Shown: in pieces, positions 50,886 to 52,971 of the stretch
Numbering within the stretch: position 1 is the stretch's first letter
Layout: each line of letters begins with the position of its first letter
Assembly: GCA_050298595.1 (NCBI GenBank)
Contig: JBNKUM010000021.1
Span: 1-52,971, forward strand
DNA from: Gammaproteobacteria bacterium
GTDB taxonomy: Bacteria; Pseudomonadota; Gammaproteobacteria; GCA-001735895
Direction of reading: 5' to 3'
DNA: 52,971 nucleotides
Translations under genes and position numbers: made by a program
The notes under the pieces: generated by a model
Database searches by the model: none
What the model saw: the letters and a program-made list of their open reading frames with translations, nothing else
What the model was told of the DNA's origin: nothing

Positions 50886-51100
50886 GTCACTTCTTTCCAA
50901 CAGCTGAAAGAAGTAACCAAGAAAAGCCGCCCCGCACAAGCCCTTATCTCGTCAAAAGCACGGTCAAATCGCGGTCGGGCCAGACGCGTTCCAGACGCGA
51001 CTGTCCCTCAAATGGCATCCCTCGGCTTTGACTCCTGTGTCGCCCTACCTCCTGCGTCCTTGCAGTCGTGCCATTTGACCACGATTTGACCGCACTTTTG
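50886..51100. repeat. Compound palindromic repeat with nested insertions
   Basis: GTCACTTCTTTC/GAAAGAAGTAAC hairpin, then a 32-bp stem (50953-51100) interrupted by 33- and 47-bp inserts. Confidence 0.75.
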
Positions 51101-51344
51101 CCGCGGGCTTGAAGGGGGATTAAAAAAATAAGATTTAAAGCAGAGCCTGGAATCTCTATTAGGTTTAAAGCCATGAATGAGGACAAATTATGTTCTTATT
51201 TCTTGTTAGGGCAAAAGACAAGACTTGACCCCAGAGATGCGATGTCGCCATTTAACACCTTAGTTTCGACGGATGCGCAACCGTGAAAGAGCAGCGCAAA
51301 GCCCAATGCAGTCAATCGATTCACTACCCCGCACCGCCCCAAGA

Positions 51345-51827
51345 CTAGTTGCTCAAAGCAAGTCGATCGCCTGAGACAGTCCGCGCAACAGGATCATAGC
51401 TGCCAAGATTGACTTCCTTGCCCAAATCCGATGGCAATACCGAGAATTCAATGCGGATCTCAGTGGACTCCGTCTTTGTCCCTTGGCCGGCAACCAGCGC
51501 AATCACGGAGTCGCCGCGTATGACTTTACTGGCTTCCTGCCCCAATACCTGATATCTGCCAAGCCCCAATCGCGCACGTATGGCATTCAAGCGAACAGGA
51601 ACAGTGTAGATATCGGATGTGTCCTTGTCTCGAATCATTACCGCGACATCCTTGTTGCTGTAGAAACCTGGACCAAATAGTGATTCTCCCGCAGCTCGCT
51701 CATCCGTTCGTATCGCGATCCTTACCACGGAAGTATAGGGGCTCGGAGTCAAGTTCAGGTCGCTGTAGGTAATGGTCATGCAACCACTTACGATCAGAGA
51801 TACCAGTAATGCTGAAAAGAGTCTCAT
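51345..51827 (-). CDS. Hypothetical lipoprotein
   Basis: Lipobox VSGC; GGGAG RBS. Confidence 0.7.
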   Translation of the reverse strand: MRLFSALLVSLIVSGCMTITYSDLNLTPSPYTSVVRIAIRTDERAAGESLFGPGFYSNKDVAVMIRDKDTSDIYTVPVRLNAIRARLGLGRYQVLGQEASKVIRGDSVIALVAGQGTKTESTEIRIEFSVLPSDLGKEVNLGSYDPVARTVSGDRLALSN

Positions 51828-52002
51828 TATATTCTCCCTAAATAATTCAAAGTATTCACTGCGGTTATGGTCAACAATGAGTAATCGTGCGAATTACCTG
51901 CATTGCCGCTAAATCCGGTTTCATAAATACTGAAACTCAGCACAATATCAAGGGCAAGGTTAACGTCATCAACCTGTCGGGGCCATCCTCACTATGGTTC
52001 GG

Positions 52003-52692
52003 TCAAGGTAACGATTGACTGTTGCCTGAGACCAATACTGGCATGCTCAAGGCTGATTGTTTATGCGCTCGAGGCAAGTACGATTCCATGGCCTTGACGC
52101 ACTTCTCATATGCAGACACAAATGCGCGCGCCAGCGTGGTGCTCGCGCGGTTGTAGCTCTTGTCTTCCGACGAGCCATGCCATTTCATTTCTTCTGAGAC
52201 GAATCCTGAGTCGCACTGTTGGTCGACGGAAGCCCCATTGTTTTTCGTAACGGTAACATCCAATACCACTCGCGCCTCGAGTCGAATCACTGCGTCGGCG
52301 GGTCCCAACCGATACTCGTAGTCTTTCAGAACGGGTTCAACAATCACCGTATCATTCCCCGTGACTCTGGGCGCCATGGAGTAGTGACGAACTCCACCTT
52401 CGAATGCCCGCCCAAATACGGCTATCGCAGAATCACGACAGAAACGACCGGACTCGAAATCAATAACGTTAGCACCGCCCATAAAGGAGTTGGACCTCTT
52501 TGCGGTACGCACTTTGTCAGCTTCCGGTTTGGTTACAACCAAGGCCTTGCCGGTAAAAAGCACCGGGATTTTGGAAACTGCATGAGCAACATATGGCTCG
52601 TCATATGGGGCAGGGCGCATGATTGTGCAACCACTGATAAATAGAGTCGCAAAAAACATCGACAAAATGTTCATAAATCTATTTTTATTCAT
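52003..52692 (-). CDS. Hypothetical lipoprotein
   Basis: Lipobox ISGC after a basic/hydrophobic signal. Confidence 0.7.
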   Translation of the reverse strand: MNKNRFMNILSMFFATLFISGCTIMRPAPYDEPYVAHAVSKIPVLFTGKALVVTKPEADKVRTAKRSNSFMGGANVIDFESGRFCRDSAIAVFGRAFEGGVRHYSMAPRVTGNDTVIVEPVLKDYEYRLGPADAVIRLEARVVLDVTVTKNNGASVDQQCDSGFVSEEMKWHGSSEDKSYNRASTTLARAFVSAYEKCVKAMESYLPRAHKQSALSMPVLVSGNSQSLP

Positions 52693-52971
52693 AGAGCACC
52701 TAGCGAAGTGAAGGAATAGTAAATGAAAGATTACTACCGTTCAAGTCAGGAAGCGTAAGCTGGAAATGATCTGAAAACACCCTATCCCAATAAGGGAAAG
52801 CGCCCATTAAAGAAAGTCAGGCAGCTCTTGCCGGGTCGCCCATTAGGCAAATTGTCAAGCGAAGGCACAAAAAAATCCTCCCGATATACCGGGCTGTTAT
52901 AATCATCGATACATTTAAATCAGCGCACCCGTCTTTTCATAGTAATGGTGACGCAGTAAATGCGCACCAGT

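Noticed and set aside
51250-51354. attC-like hairpin (ATTTAAC...GTT) at the end of the 51345 gene
   Set aside because: Stem pairing and L/R box spacing are poor, orientation cues conflict, there is no clear second site and no integrase in the window; would need IntegronFinder

Overview
Chromosomal segment of a gammaproteobacterium, probably a marine sulfur oxidiser (inferred from tusA-dsrE2, acuR-acuI, tauE and the glyQ-glyS-gmhB-plsC and mpl-ubiX gene order). 1-3.4 kb is a PLP/amino-acid catabolic trio followed by IS256/IS6 scars. 4-35 kb is mostly core-like genes: acuRI, trx, ubiX, a cNMP-domain Ser/Thr kinase, mpl, glyQS, gmhB, plsC, an S41 lipoprotein, TetR-tusA-dsrE2, yheS, a desaturase, two hemerythrin-like paralogues, recQ, MocR/DUF1127 and pecS/pecM. 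35-53 kb is an accessory region. It holds two dead, inverted HUH/Y1 tyrosine-transposase elements with terminal inverted repeats around a multidomain GH27 alpha-galactosidase lipoprotein, two related hybrid histidine kinases with sugar-type inputs, a porin remnant and orphan lipoproteins. The most unusual signal is nested palindromic DNA: an IS4-like MITE (18-bp TIR, 11-bp TSD) inside both Y1 elements, and 33-48 bp TCGG-starting hairpin units inserted into other palindromes at separate loci. I saw no rRNA, tRNA or CRISPR array. All family assignments come from motif recognition by eye, not database searches.
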